Part shown: one piece after another, positions 12,959 to 26,795 of the stretch | How positions within the stretch are numbered: position 1 is the first letter of the stretch | Layout: every line of letters begins with the position of its first letter | Origin: Podarcis cretensis | Lineage: Eukaryota | DNA: 64,000 nt | Direction of reading: 5' to 3' | Assembly (NCBI GenBank): GCA_951804945.1 | Contig: OX638153.1 | Span: 17,732,001 to 17,796,000 of the forward strand | The notes under the pieces: model-generated | What the model saw: only the letters and a program-made list of their open reading frames with translations | What the model was told of the DNA's origin: nothing | Databases searched by the model: none | Translations under genes and position numbers: made by a program

Positions 12959-14294
12959 TAATTAGTCTTAAGGGAATGGGGGAACATTGGTGATGCATGA
13001 ATGGCTTCTGCATGTGGTTTCAAATGCAAGAGGCTGTGCAATGCAGTGAAAGCTTGTTCATGCTAGAAGCACCAAATTCTGTGTACAAATCCACTTAAAA
13101 TGGATTTCCTCTCCAATCCTGGTAGGAGGGCCCCAGCAGTGACTTTGATGCCAGAGGCCTCAGACATCCCAGAACGCGGCATGATTGCCAGTCCATGTCA
13201 CTGCTATTCTTGTAGCCTGCAGGTGTCAATGCAAGCACCAATAAAAATGAACCAATAAGGATAGGGAAAGGAATTTAGCAAGATGAGGAAGTTGGGGAAA
13301 ATATATTTTTCATGCATAAGTCGATCAAATTCAGCAGCCTGCTGTGATGGGAAAGATACATAATATGATAAAGCTTGGTAGCAAAGACATGTGTGATTGA
13401 ACAAACCAATGAAGAGATAACATTTGAAAGCTTTACAGCTTGGAAAGCTGTTAGCAAGCTGGGGTCCCCTTCATCATTTTTAATTTTAGTTTTACTGCCC
13501 TTCATTTGCTTTGACAGGTTGATGTTGCCATGGTGCAGTTGAAATCCTCATAAAAGTGCTGTTACCCTTTCCAAGAAGGCTATTTTTTCCAAGGGTTTAT
13601 GCCACATTTTATAGTTATGTCAGAAGGTTTACTTGGTTTATGAATCCTGCAAGCAGTAGGATTGCTTTGGAAACTCTGAGTTGCATTTTGGCTTCTGCCA
13701 TTTAACGGCTTAAGCTTTAAAAAAAAGATCACCATATCAACGTGTTATGTCCTTTCAATAATTAAACTCATTACAAATTTATCCTTTTGTTAATAAGGGC
13801 ACATAAAAAGCATTTGATGCTTATGCTACCTATTTGATCCAAAAAATATTTGCTGCAGAGGGTGGGTGGGTGTGGGGAGCTGTCACATGTCCTTAAATAT
13901 TGATCAGATATGGGAAACAACATCATCAATCACATAAACATTTACGATTTGGGGGTGGGCGTGTGTGGATTGGTACTTACAGAGTTTTCGTCATACCTAT
14001 AGAGTTATTCCCAGTATGCCCATGACAACCTGTCCAAATGCTATGGCCAGCAGCATGCAAATGTCAGTCTGAAATATGAAAAATAGCATGTCCGTGATAG
14101 CTCACTTTCTCTGACCATTGGCAGAGGAAGTATTCGCTTGACATCAAGTTAACATGGGGTCACAGCACAGTAGGGAGTTAGCCAAATATGTTACACTACC
14201 CAACTAGCTCTGATCCATATTGCACTTGGCCCTAAACTACAAGAACAGAGATTGGCTAAGATATGTTTATGCAGTTTCCATTAAAAATGCAGTA

Positions 14295-14536
14295 CAGTGA
14301 TACCTCGGGTTAAGTACTTAATTCGTTCCGGAGGTCCGTTCTTAACCTGAAACTGTTCTTAACCTGAAGCACCACTTTAGCTGATGGGGCCTGTTGCTGC
14401 CGCCGCACCGCCGGAGCCCGATTTCTGTTCTTACCCTGAAGCAAAGTTCTTAACCTGAAGCACTATTTCTGGGTTAGCGGAGTGTGTAACCTGAAGCGTA
14501 TGTAACCTGAAGCGTATGTAACCCAAGGTACCACTG
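14295..14536. mobile_element. Tc1/mariner-type MITE
   Basis: TIRs CAGTGATACCTCGGGTTA / TAACCCAAGGTACCACTG, TA flanks, repeated TAACCTGAA. Confidence 0.88.
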
Positions 14537-15478
14537 TATTGGGCCATGTGGAAAAGAAACAAGCTGCCCAGTCTGTGTTTTTGGGTGAGCCGCCTCTGAT
14601 GGATAAGCTTGCTAGGAAGTAAGACTTCTGTGTAAATGTGCTTAGGGTTGTGCTGCAAGTAACTTGCAACATCACAGAAAGCCTATATCAGCGGGTGGAA
14701 TTGACCTCAGGCTTCTCAAGAACCAGCCTGGTAGTTTTTCTTCTGTTGCAGGCTTCCTCTTCAACTTTTGGGTGGTGGTGGTGTGACGTGTGCCTTTACA
14801 TTAAAGACATCTTTGATCCAAATATTTTGGAACAAGAACACTTCCCCCCATTTCTACCCCTTTCTCTTCAGTCAGTTAAGCAGGTCACTTTTATAATCCT
14901 GCTTTGTCTTAAAAAACAGTACCCTGTCATTGGTCCCTCCTTGCTCGATACTTTCCTCCTTAATTGCCTTTCCATTCGAGCCAGAGACGTATAGCGGCAA
15001 CTGCAGTGTGGTGCAAAAAAACCCATTCATTGTTATCAGTCAACAGAGTCTCCTACAGGAGCACCTTAACAAGAGCTAGTTCACAATGAGCTGAAGGAAC
15101 AAGATGGATGGTGTTCATAGTTCATTATTTGAACTAGGGTATCTGACTTATGGCAAATCTATCTGAGAGAGTGTTGTAGAATTCTATTTTATCTTTAAGA
15201 AATGGTGTTTTAGAAAAGTAAGATATTTACTTCTCTTGCAGTGAAGAATTTAAGTAGAAAAATTCCCTCTGTTTGTTTGAATCGTACTAGAATGATGAGG
15301 CAGGGCCGAGTCATACATCAAGCAACCAAAAGGTGGGAGGGGCAGGGGGCAGGGAGAGACATGACTCTTCAGGGTTGTATTTTATTTTGTGCAAGAAGAA
15401 GATGCCCCATGCTATTGCTGGACATACTTTGTGCTTTAAAAATATTGTTGCACACCACCCCTTCTCTGAGCAGTGCAA

Positions 15479-16184
15479 GGTTACGGGGGTTCCAGGCCAG
15501 GGTTCGTGTTTCCTTTGGAATGAGGCACAGAGGAGACTGTGGTGTCTTTATGATACATGGTTTATTTACACATATATACAACCTGAGCCTACAATGGAGG
15601 GGTTTGCAGCATTGACACACCAGAGGGGCCTTGCTTCCCCTGTAGCCGCAGCCTTGGATTCAACCAGAATTCAAGCATCACTCTGTCTCTCTGGCTTCCT
15701 AGCCTGTTGCTTTTTCATTTCTAGCTTCTAGCTCAAATGACTCAACTCTCAGCTTTTTTCTTTCTAACTACCAACCAGTTTGCTGCCTGGCACAGATCCA
15801 CTTCATTTGTTCCTTTAATGACCCATTACCTAGGCCAGGCATGTCCAACAGGTTGATCGCTATCGACTGATCAATCGCAGGGGTGTCTCAGGTCGATTGC
15901 GGTATCAACTCCCACCCCCCCCCCCCAAAAAAAGCTCTACAACTTTGGTCAATCTTCCCCTAAAAAAAGCTCAACAACTCTTGGCAAGCAATGAACAAAG
16001 GGTAGATCACAGCCAGTCTTTTTATACTGTGAGCAGATCGCAGTCCCTTGGGAGTTGGACATGCCTGACCTAGGCTATCGCCCCATCAGGATACTAGCCT
16101 GGCTTAATTTTTAACACTTGCTGGATCCAGAGGTTACAAGGGTCTTGGCATACAGCCTGCTCCCCTGCCTCTAAATTCATAACA
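15479..16184 (-). mobile_element. Possible solo LTR hosting a hAT MITE
   Basis: Minus strand starts TGTTATG, ends ...CCCCGTAAC, with AATAAA followed by 'agacaccacagtctc' near the 3' end; no clear TSD. Confidence 0.3.
15836..16067. mobile_element. hAT-family MITE
   Basis: Perfect 14-bp TIR CAGGCATGTCCAAC and perfect 8-bp TSD ACCTAGGC (15828-15835, 16068-16075). Confidence 0.92.
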
Positions 16185-16280
16185 ATGAATTCATTGTCAC
16201 TTCTTTTTTTCTGCTTATGTTACTTCTTAAATTACATAAATGCAAATGCTTAATAATTGTTTCTCAACAGTTTCAGCTGT

Positions 16281-16283
<3 letters not shown>

Positions 16284-16345
<62 letters not shown>

Positions 16346-16358
16346 TGTTTGTGTGTGT
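16284..16358. repeat. (CT)n(GT)n microsatellite
   Basis: Seen directly. Confidence 0.95.
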
Positions 16359-19059
16359 CTATTCCCAGTCATGCCAGATACGGAAAACAACTATAAAGTT
16401 GATAGGCATAGATGAGATAAATATAGGCAGTGAGCATTTTGTGTTCATTCTTTTGGACCTGGAAGAGGGCATAATGGGTGTAATGGGGCAGGACAGGCTT
16501 ATGCACGCTCACCCAATGTGCACAGGGGCCAGGAGAGGAGCCCCCATGCAAAATGGCCACCACCTGTAGGAGAAAAGGAGGGAATCATTTTCACCACTTT
16601 GGATGGGTCAACACTTTATAGCTGCAATATCAAGTGATGACTTCCAGATTTGAATGGGCTATAATATTCCACATTGCTTTACTTCACCTTGCCTAAGTAT
16701 ACTCAATTAGAGACAGGAAGATTCCCCCACCCCCTTCATTAACAGGATTTGTACAATTAATTTCAGAATTGAAGATGGTTACTGCTTTAAGCCCTTCAGT
16801 TGTTTTGCATATTCTGTTCCCTGCCACATTGCTGATGGAAAATAGTAAAAATACTGTTACAATTTATCTTGATGTGGCTGATTTTAGTTACAATCATGTG
16901 TATGTTCTTTTCGTGCAGTGTTTCACTAAAATACACACATATGTTCCTGTGCCCCATTCAAAATGATAGTGATAAAACCTGGACTGTAATTTGCTTTCTT
17001 ATAGCATCTGATCACTATGCACAGCTGCATATGCATGCTGGTAAAGCACTGCACAGGAAGAATATTGATAATAAGTAGAAGCATTTCAAGATAGAAGTTT
17101 TGCATTATGAGAACAAAAAAAATCCCCAAACCCAAACAAACTCAGGGAGCGTTGACACTCTGTTTATGCGGGTGGGAGGAACTGAAATCTGAGAGGAACA
17201 ATGGAAATTGAGCATGTGCTATGCTTTGTAGAATTTTTAAATTATATATAATGATAGAGGGTCCCTAATGCAACTGCTACGTTGAGGGAAAAAAGAAAGA
17301 AGGAAAAGGTAATATTCAATATTTGGTGATCTATTCAAATGGATAAAATTTCAGATGCATCAAGCTTCCCCAGCCTTTTAGAGCAAAGGTGCATGGCACA
17401 TAGCTTTAAAGCTAACTCCAGAGCTGCAAGCTTCAGATCCAGGGATGAAGGCTGCTTGGCTGTGGAGAGTTTTATTGGAGAATTAACTTTCTCTGGCCCA
17501 TATCTGGCCCAAACATGTCCCTGACTGGTAGTTTATCATAGGAAGAGGCTGGTGCATTGTGAAGCATTTGAAGGAGTGTCCTGATACTGAGGCGAGCGAC
17601 ACTGCTTTGCAATGATGTCTCTGAAGCGCAAGCATATCACAAATCATTTTGGCTGCAGAAGCACAGCAGAACTGATGTGCACCAATGTTGCCATTTAATG
17701 TAGTTTCCCAGCAAACCTTTCATAAAATTCATGATTGTAGCTGACCTCTCTTACTGGGCTCCTCTCTCTTTCTTTTTTAAAGGCCTATAACCTGGCTTTG
17801 AGAAACTGTGCGCCGGAAAAGTGATGTGCAGAGAATCATGTTCTCTTCAGAAAAAAGATACAGGAGGTGAGGCCCCAGTCAAACAGTTGATTAAATGTCA
17901 CAGTGCATTGGGCCATTTCCTAGACTGTGGTGGGATTTATTTCATTCTGTCTGCACAAGAAGAACCCGACCCTGCACTCTTCTTATGTTACAGCTGCCAC
18001 TGAAATGCAGGCTGAAGTTAATTTTATGCATTTATTAATTAAATGTATTGCCCACTCTTCACCCAGAAGTCCCGGGGCTATATTAAAAAAGTAAATAACA
18101 ACCACTAAACAAAAAGTTTACACAATAACACCCTATGATCACAGTTAATATACAATAAAAGCAGCAGCACATTGGTACATCAGAGAGGGTTCAAAAACAT
18201 TGGAGACCTTCTAGGATCTGCTTAAATTCCCCTTGGCCTTCATCTCAGTCACTCTTTCCACTTCCTCTAGTGCAACAGAAAGGGATCCATCCCCGAAAAA
18301 CAGATATGCACTAAAAATAATAATCCTGCAGACAAAGTGGCAGTAACTATGAAGAAGGTTTGGCTAGTGGGAGCTTTCAAATTCCTCTCCAGGAGGTGCC
18401 CTGTGTGGTTGATATCTTGCATATTGGAAACCTTCAAGGTCCTGTATGGCATCCAATAGCAGAAAGTTTTATGCCCAGCTTAGGCAATACATATCCAAGG
18501 GCTCCTCTGCGGATTCCTCAGCCCAGTGCACCCATGCACTTGCCCCCCCCCCATCTCAACACCTGCTGTAGCAACTGACCTTCAGCAGATTCTGATGGCA
18601 AGCCTTGTCCTCACTTGCTACCTGCTGCATGTGGGCCAAGCTGCTGTTGAAGGCACAGTTGCAAGCTGCAATCTGCGCTCAAGGCACAGCTTTGGGAATG
18701 ACACTTGCAGGGATGCTGCTTTGAAGATGGGCCTTTCCCTCTTACCATTTTTCAGTCCCTTCTCAATGCAGCCCGCCCGAAAACATAATTGCTGACCAGA
18801 GCTGAAACAGATAAAATGCTAGGGCAGAATATTGGGAGGCTGCTGTTGGCATTTTGAACTTAGTGCTATACAAGCCAGGACAGTATGCTAAGTGGATGTA
18901 GCTGAAGATTGAACTTTTGGTTCTTTTAGTAAAGCATATGCTGTGTAAATTGATCCTATTTGATACTTGTCTTTTGGACAAAAACACATTAATGCAATCC
19001 ATGTTATGTTTAGTCTGGTCCAAAAAGCTGAAGAGCTCACATTCTAGTTACCTTCTAGT

Positions 19060-19442
19060 TACAATTCAAAGTGTTGGTGCTGACCTTTAAAGTCCTAAAC
19101 GGCCTCGGTCCAGTATACCTGAAGGAGCGTCTCCACCCCCATCATTCTGCCCGGATGCTGAGGTCCAGCGCCGAGGGCCTTCTGGCGGTTCCCTCATTGC
19201 AAGAAGCAAAGCTACAGGGAACCAGGCAGAGGGCCTTCTTGGTAGTGGCGCCCGCCCTGTGGAACGCCCTTCCAGCAGATGTCAAAGTGATAAACAACTA
19301 CCTGACATTCAGAAGACATCTTAAGGCAGCCCTGTTCAGGGAAGTTTTTAACGTGTGATATTTTACTGTATTTTTGGTTTTTATGTAAGCCGCCCAGAGT
19401 GGCTGGGGAGGCCCAGCCAGATGGGCGGGGTATAAATAATAA

Positions 19443-19477
<35 letters not shown>
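19060..19477 (+). mobile_element. L2 LINE 3' end (ORF2 C-terminus, 3' UTR, (TAT)n tail)
   Basis: Open frame FKVLVLTFKVLNGLGPVYLKERL...RAFLVVAPALWNALP...FRRHLKAALFREVF; gtaagccgcccagag...gggcggggtataaataataaa; CpG-rich, suggesting a young copy. Confidence 0.9.
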
Positions 19478-19478
<1 letters not shown>

Positions 19479-21921
19479 CCTGCTTCCACCAAAGAAGAAA
19501 GAGAAAGGAAATTTGAATAGGCAAAAAACAAATATATCAGTTAGGGTTACTCTGAGTATATGATAATCAAGGAAATGCAACTTGAGGAGAGGCAAGCAAA
19601 AGTTCTTTCCCCCATCTCTTCAGTGTAATCATTATCAAGGAAGAGCAAGTATTGGTCTGTTCAGCATAGCCAATGAAATGTTCCTCCACCATTAGAAACT
19701 AGAGGGAATGAGTAGTTTCCGTCTTCCACTGTTACATCAGTAGCTGTTACACCAATCCACTGTCATCTAGGTGAATGCCTACCAAGAGGTATGAAACAAG
19801 ACATGGGATTGGTAAAATGGCTGCTGATGTCACAAAGGCACTTCTTCCACAAGCCTAGTAACCAACACACTTACTCAGAATAAACCCCAGCCTCCTAAAA
19901 GCTCTGTAAGAGGAAGCTGGAAGAGATGGTTGGGGAAACTGCAGTTATTGCTGCATATTCTATTCCTTTCCAGAATGACTTTACTAAGCCTTTGTGCTGT
20001 TTTCTTAGATCATCAGGCTGCCCCCAACTTGACTCTGAATTTCTTAATGCAGGAAAACATGAGAGGAAGGAGAATTAGGCTTAAGAAGGTAAGGCAGAAA
20101 TAAGATAAAACAAAAGACGAGCGAAGCTAGTTGGGAAGGAACACAGCCAAAACTACTACCACATATCCACATACATTTGTGGACTTTCTGCTAGTAATAA
20201 TTACACCATAGGCTTTTCAGCACCCCTGCTCTCAAAAATGATTTCTGCAGTTTTGCACATATCCATCATCAGTTAATGAGAAAAGAAATTCCATTCAGAA
20301 ATGATCAAAGGGAAGAAAAATTGCAGTGACATTTTTATGGGTGGGGTATGGAGCTTTTTTGTTGCACTTGCTTTACCTTCAAGGTGGCCAAGGGGTTTTC
20401 TGAGAGCCCTGTATTTTTGTGGTCTGCTTTCTGCAGACCTCCTGGGTGCCCACACTTCCTGAAAGCCCCATGATATTATAGTTATAGTCCATTACTTCTT
20501 TTAAATAAGTACAGTTTTGTTTTGTTTTAATTCAAAAGGAAGGATTTTCCTCTTCAGTCTCAGGTGCTCATTAACCAGCTTCTCCAGCCTCCTGTATTTC
20601 AATTAAAGCTGAAAGGGAATAGGTCATGAGGTAGCTCCTCCCATTGATATTTTTCAGGTGGGGAAGTGTGAGCAGCTGGGGGAGCCAGGAGGATGCTGGA
20701 GAAATATTCAATGGACATAAAAAACACACAAGTGACCTTCAGGCACTTCGCAAGGCTAAGGTAAGCTCAACTCAGCACCTATCAAGCTTCTAAAAGAAAT
20801 TCTAAGGCAATACTAAAGCACACTGTGAATAGGTCATAAAACAGGAGCCAATTTTTAAGCCCACTTTGGAAGAAAATTTTAAGTAAATTGGAGGGTAGGT
20901 AGTTTTCTTGGAGTAGTGAGCAGCAGCCAGTTGTGGTCATTTCATTGTCCCTTCATGCAGAATTTTCTCAATCCCATCTCCAGCGCTCAGTGGAAAATGA
21001 CAACGACTTTTGCTGTTATAAGGGCATAGAGATGGGGAAGCTGTAGCTCTCCAGGTGTTGTTGCATTAGGGCTGGGGCTGACGGGAGTTGGAGTCCACCG
21101 CCAAGTCCCCCTTTCCTGGTATTAAAATACGCTGAAATGAAATTACGTATGTAAAAGAAAAAGAGAGAACACCAAAACTACATTTTTTTAGCATTTTGAA
21201 TTCTAAACTGAATACTAATACATGATTTGTTGTTGGCATCCATCTGCCTCGAGAGATGATGGAATGCACCTCCAGGGGTGAGGTCAAAACTGCTGTGTTA
21301 GCAGCACCAAAGTGACCTGGGCTGCCTAGACAAAAATACCCCTCTCTTGGCCCCGCTGATATGGGCCAAAGGAAAGCAGGGCAATACATTTGGCACTGAC
21401 TTGGGTGCAAGTGTTACTGGAAGGAGGTGTACAATGTACCATCCTGCCGTCTTAGGAACTCCACTCTGCAAGGCGTGTGTAGGGTTTCTCCTTAGGCTTT
21501 TGTTTTTCCAAAGATATCCTGCAAGGCAGCAGAAGTTTAGCATCAGAGTTTTCCTTCTAGTTGAGCTACCTTCCTAGGTGGATGAGCCCCATCTGCCCCT
21601 CGCTTCCCTCTACAGCATGTGCAGAAACAGCCTTCTTGACCATTGGACCCATTATAGGTCTCATCTGCTCAATGTACTGGAGCCTGTCTTTGCATGTAGG
21701 GGAAGTTCCAAACTCAACAAGGGTTTGAGACACATTGAGTACCATCGCACAGTATGGCTGGCCAAAGCTGTTTCTGGGGTGTGACCTCTGTCTCATGCTG
21801 GCAGCTTCTAGGGGGCACAGGAGAGAGCTGAATGCAGGGTGGAGCCAAAGGTGGGCAAACTACCACACAAGGAGGATGCTGTGTCTCTCACCAGAGGGAC
21901 TGTCTGTCTGTCTGTCTACAC

Positions 21922-22106
21922 CAGGGTAGTCAACCTTTTTATACCTACTGCCCACTAATGCATCTTTCTTGATGGTAAAATTTCCTTACCGCCCACCAGT
22001 TCTCGATAGAAGTGGGATTCAGCTTGTGCCGTAGAACCCCCTACCACCCACCTAGAATCCTGAAATGCCCACTAATGGGCGGTAGGGACTAGGTTGACAA
22101 CCCCTG
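21922..22106. mobile_element. hAT-family MITE
   Basis: Imperfect TIRs CAGGGTAGTCAACCT / AGGTTGACAACCCCTG; 8-bp TSD gtctacac/atctacac. Confidence 0.8.
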
Positions 22107-25100
22107 ATCTACACACACCCACACCCACACCCAACCACTCTCCTAAGAAATAGTAGCTAAACTGTGTAAACTATAAATTCTAGAGGGAGATTGCTGTTTC
22201 AGCCATGAAGGGTATAAGCCAGGTTTGTGCTTTCATTGTCATGTTATTTGAGGTTGACACAACCTCTTCTTCCTACTGCAAAAACAATACTCCTTGTACA
22301 TCAGTAAACTGAGAGGATAGCCTCGAGAGTGACTACAAGGGCAAATTGGCAGGACATTGTTGTGGACAAGCACAGTCTATTAATTGCAGCAAAAACAGCT
22401 GTGGAACATGAACTAGTTTCTCAGCCCAGACATTATAAATCTGCTGGCGCTAAATGCCTTCATTTATATATGAGGATACAAAAGAATGGTCTTTAATTAT
22501 TTCTGGCATATGTCCTTTAAATTCAAAGCTGAAGAATCGTTGCGGGCAAAGGGTAATACTTCTTAACAGGTTACACTTCCCTCAGGATTTCTTGATTGAC
22601 ATCGAAATGGGTTCCCCCCCTCCCCATCTGATTGACAGGATGGCAGGTGTGAAGTGATGCTGGAGTGCTGTAATAATGTGTCAAAAGACCTTAAATCAAG
22701 ACTAATGTGGTTTCAGTGATAAGTTCCCATATGGCTCATATGGAATTACAGGGACAAGCTCATCCAGGGACTGTTATTTTTGGAATATCTAGATTATTTA
22801 ATAGATCAGTCTCCAAGGAGTATTTGGACAGAGGTTTAAGAAAAGCAATTGCTTTTTTTAAAAAAATTACTTTTGTGAGGGGGTTCCTTAAGGCAAGAGA
22901 CGTATGGGGGTGTGTGTGTGGGAGTTTGCCCAGACAAAAACTGATGAGCTAACTATAAGAAGGTGCAAAGGTGCTTTGAGGAAATTGATTTTTCTCGACA
23001 AAACTTTATAGTAGGAAGTGCCAAATTCATATTAAGATTTCACTTCAAGTAAGTGGCAACTTTAGTCCCAGACCAAAACCAGCTTTCTCCACAGCATCAG
23101 GAGGGTCCCCCCCGCATCGTCTCTGAATCCTCAATTCAGAGCATTGGTGAGAGGCCAATAGCTCTCACACTATACTTTGACTATAAATGTTTACTGCATG
23201 TCACTTCAGTGCTGCAAATGCAGCAACTACAGCTGTAGCAGGTGCTGTAACCTTCCAACCGTTTGACTTGACGTTTTGAGGCGCCATGATCTTGCGCAGG
23301 TCGCATGACTCCTGGGGGAGCATGTCCTGGAATACGCACATCCCCATTTTCTCCCCATGACCTGTTGGAGGGTATGTGAAAGGCATGCTCTCATCGAGGT
23401 GGCAGACCTGTGTCTGAGTTTCAGATTGCCAGTGGGGGCTTTCATTAAATGAATGTGCCATATAAATCAACAAAAAATCTATTCCACATAGAAAAACAAG
23501 CTGACTTGAACCAAGTTGAAGAACCATCAGGTTTACCTGATTTTGGGGGGTGAATTTGGCGACAGAGGAGGGGGTGAAGCATCTTCTTTTATTTATTTAT
23601 TTTTTGAAACTTGGGGTTCAATTTTCGAAGGAGATGAAACTTGCTAGATCTCTTTAATGGTTAATCAGGCTGGTGGCCACCACTTTGAATTTCTCTCAAT
23701 GCCCTGAGGTTCCTGGATTGAGGAACGATAACTGCCCCCAAAAAGTTGTTGGGAGGGCTACCTCTCTCCACCCCTGATTAGATTAGGACATTCTGGAAAA
23801 CTATAAATGACAACCACCATTTTTGAGGAGCTTCAGTAAGTTTTGCTCCACCCCCTCAAAAATCCACCTCATGACCAGAATGCCACCTCATTTAATGGTG
23901 AACAATGCCATGAAATTAGGTAACAGGTGGATTGCCTAGCTCTAGAAAATCCCTGGGAGAAGTTGGCATCAGTTATGATCGACATGGCTAACCAACAGTG
24001 CACAGGGTGACCTAGTCAGAAGCACACTGCCTCACAACTTTCCCATGGAAGAAGAGGTGCTGAACAAAAGTTCTGCTTAGGGGACAAAGGCTTACCGCAC
24101 AAAGAGGGTGTACCAGTTGGATTGTCCAGGCCAGCTGTCCATGGAGCCAGCTCTGCTAGGAGGTGATAACTTACAAGTGTTTGCTTGTGTACTGCCTTCT
24201 TTCTGCCTTGCTAAATGTGAGGTGCTCCTCGGTAAAGTTGCATGTATTTCAATCTGCCTTCAAGTTTTCCTTCTGCCTAGTGTGATATTTATCACCACCA
24301 TCATCATTATTTTCAGTGCTCCCTAGCAAACTGGCAAGAACCACTTCCCACCTGACAGACTGCATTGCATCAACCAAACAAGCCAATATAGGTATGTGGA
24401 TAAGTGTTTCGTTTGGGTAGGTTCATTGTATCGATTTCATACACACACACTGACAGACAGAACAAAACTTGATAGATGTTAGATAAAGACGGAGGATGTG
24501 AGTATGTTTTGCAGTTTGGCATCCTCCCGCAACGATGCTTTCTTGAATAGCTGACAAGAGCTTGGACAATCCAGTAGTATGCATCAGCTTTGAGAAACGT
24601 GGAGATTTGTGTGTTGCTCATTTGCTTCATGCAATCCTGTTGGCCTTTGTCGGATTTCTCAGCTTTGTGGCTGAAGCTTGATGTATTGAGTGGACTCTGG
24701 CCTTCCTTTGTGTCCGTGAGTTAGCCTTACATTAATTATAGCTATATGCTGTCCTCTCATATTCTTCCCTTCTCTCTAGCTCCTTGTTCCCCTAAGAGCA
24801 GGCTGTTTCCAAATATGAATAAATCTGAATGTCAAACCGAGCTCCCCCTTACTGCTTCAAATACCGATCTGAATATGAATGTCAGGACCCTGCACATGCT
24901 TAGTTTTTCGTATGAGCATTTCTCGCCTATCCGGAGGAGTGATTTGACTTCTCTGTATTGCATTAGACCACTGTCATTAACGACAGGGGTGTCATTTTGA
25001 TGTGATCTGTGAGGCAGCCGAAGCTTTGAAGTTGAAAGATAGAACAGACATAGATAAATTGTGCTCAGAGTATGCTGCTATTGCAACCATTATTGCTGGC

Positions 25101-25599
25101 AATTATTTCGCCAAGTGACACATCTGATAAGAAGTCATCCGGCTTGCTGGGAGGGAAGAGAGGGAGGGTGGGGGAACCTCCATTCATTGCAGAAATGTGG
25201 TAGATCTGTTGATTTTATTTATTTGGGTATTTTTTTAAAAAAATAAATAAACAAAACACACCAGGCTGATAAAAGCATATTAGATTTGAGAGTCGGTTCT
25301 GTCCCCATATATTTCTTGTGCTGTTCTTTCTAAGCTGTATTTAAGGTGTGACTTTCTGTCTCTTTGGATGACCTTGGGCCAGTCAGGTTTGCTTTCTAGC
25401 ATTTTGAACACCAGTCTTTTTTATTGTGTTCTTCTGAGTGTCTTAGCCATTAAGGGCCATGTCAGAATAGCCATAGCAAGCCCAGCCCACCTTTCCTTAT
25501 AATATCCATTAGATTATTCACTGGGTAGTGCACAACCTTGAAAAATGGCAGAATTACCAGCTAGTTCTGATAGTAAGCTCTGAACAGCCCAACACTGCT

Positions 25600-26620
25600 C
25601 AACCTGTTTCTTAATCACTTGGATGATGGAGTAGAGGAGATGCTGATTAGATTTACAGAGGACACCAAACTGGAAGGTGCAGCTACTTCTCTTAGAACAA
25701 CCATGGGTTCCCAGACGTTGCTGAACTACAATCTCCACCAACCCTAGCCCAGCCCAGTGATGCAGCAAGATAGACCCCACTGTGGATCAGCAGGAGAGGG
25801 GGGCTCTCTGAATATGTTTGTGTGTGCAATACTGTATATACAGTGTGGACAATGGCTTCTTAGGCCAGTGTCCTATGTGGAATAGATTCCTACTAGAATA
25901 GGAACCTTGGTGGGTTGGCCAACCCTTGATGCAACTTGGTTTAGCCACCCCAATCTTAAGAGGTTTGGTAGACCGCAAGCTAATCACCAGTTAGCATTTT
26001 GGGCTGCTGTATTGCATAGCTAATGCAGTTGTAGACTGCATCAACATAGTGAGTGTCCATATCATGAAAAGTAATTGGTCCCACTCTATTTGGCTTTGCT
26101 CTGACTTTACCTGGAGTACTGTATCCTGTTCTGTGCACCACAGTTTAAGAAGCAGATTGATGAAGAGGAAGGAGTGCAACAAAGGTAGTGAGGAGCCACC
26201 ACTGGTGGCTGGTAGAGACAAAGACCAGAGAGGCCAACAGTAGGTGGGGCCAGAGCCATTAATTCTGTTTTTACCCCCACTCTCCTCCCTGCTGGCTTCT
26301 GTAATGGCAACACTGAGACTAAGGAGGAGAAAGATAACAGTTCCACACCAAAACTATAGAAGGCAAGTAGGTGGGGTCTACCTGAGGTTGGTGGTGCAAT
26401 GTCCCATTTGCCCTAATGGACCAGCCTGGAGGTTACCAAGTCCTAACGAGAAAGGTTGAAGGAGTCAGGTATGCTTAGGCTGGAGTGAAGAAGAGATGAT
26501 TAAGAGGTGATATAACAGCCAAGTTTGAAGGAGCAAGTTTATTTTCAATGGGTTCAAATAATGAATAGTGTTTTGTTTTTAAGAAACATTAAGAAAAAAT
26601 TCCTAACAGTAAGTTCCTGA
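25600..26620 (+). mobile_element. Fragmented old CR1 ORF2 with later insertions
   Basis: LDDGVEEMLIRFTEDTKLEG (FADDTKL-like) near 25620; VPLYLALL.LYLEYCILFCAPQFKK near 26075; ERLKE.GML.LE near 26447. Confidence 0.7.
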
Positions 26621-26659
26621 TCAACAAGAGGACCTCTCCTCTTATTCCATGACTGCTAA

Positions 26660-26795
26660 GCTTACTCAGGAATCTTTGGTAAGATGCCTAGTTGAAAGCT
26701 TTTTGAAGCTACACTTTGCCAATGGAATCACCTCTCTGCACATGCTCATTGACACTCTCAAAGAACCCAGATAAGTTAATGAGACAGGACTTGCT
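26660..26795 (-). mobile_element. Inverted CR1 RT fragment
   Basis: Minus strand reads KSCLINLSGFFESVNEHVQRGD followed by an FxKAF-like segment and a LLSKL-like segment. Confidence 0.55.

Noticed and set aside
19071-19358. 95-aa ORF as a host gene
   Set aside because: It is the C-terminus of a 5'-truncated L2 ORF2.
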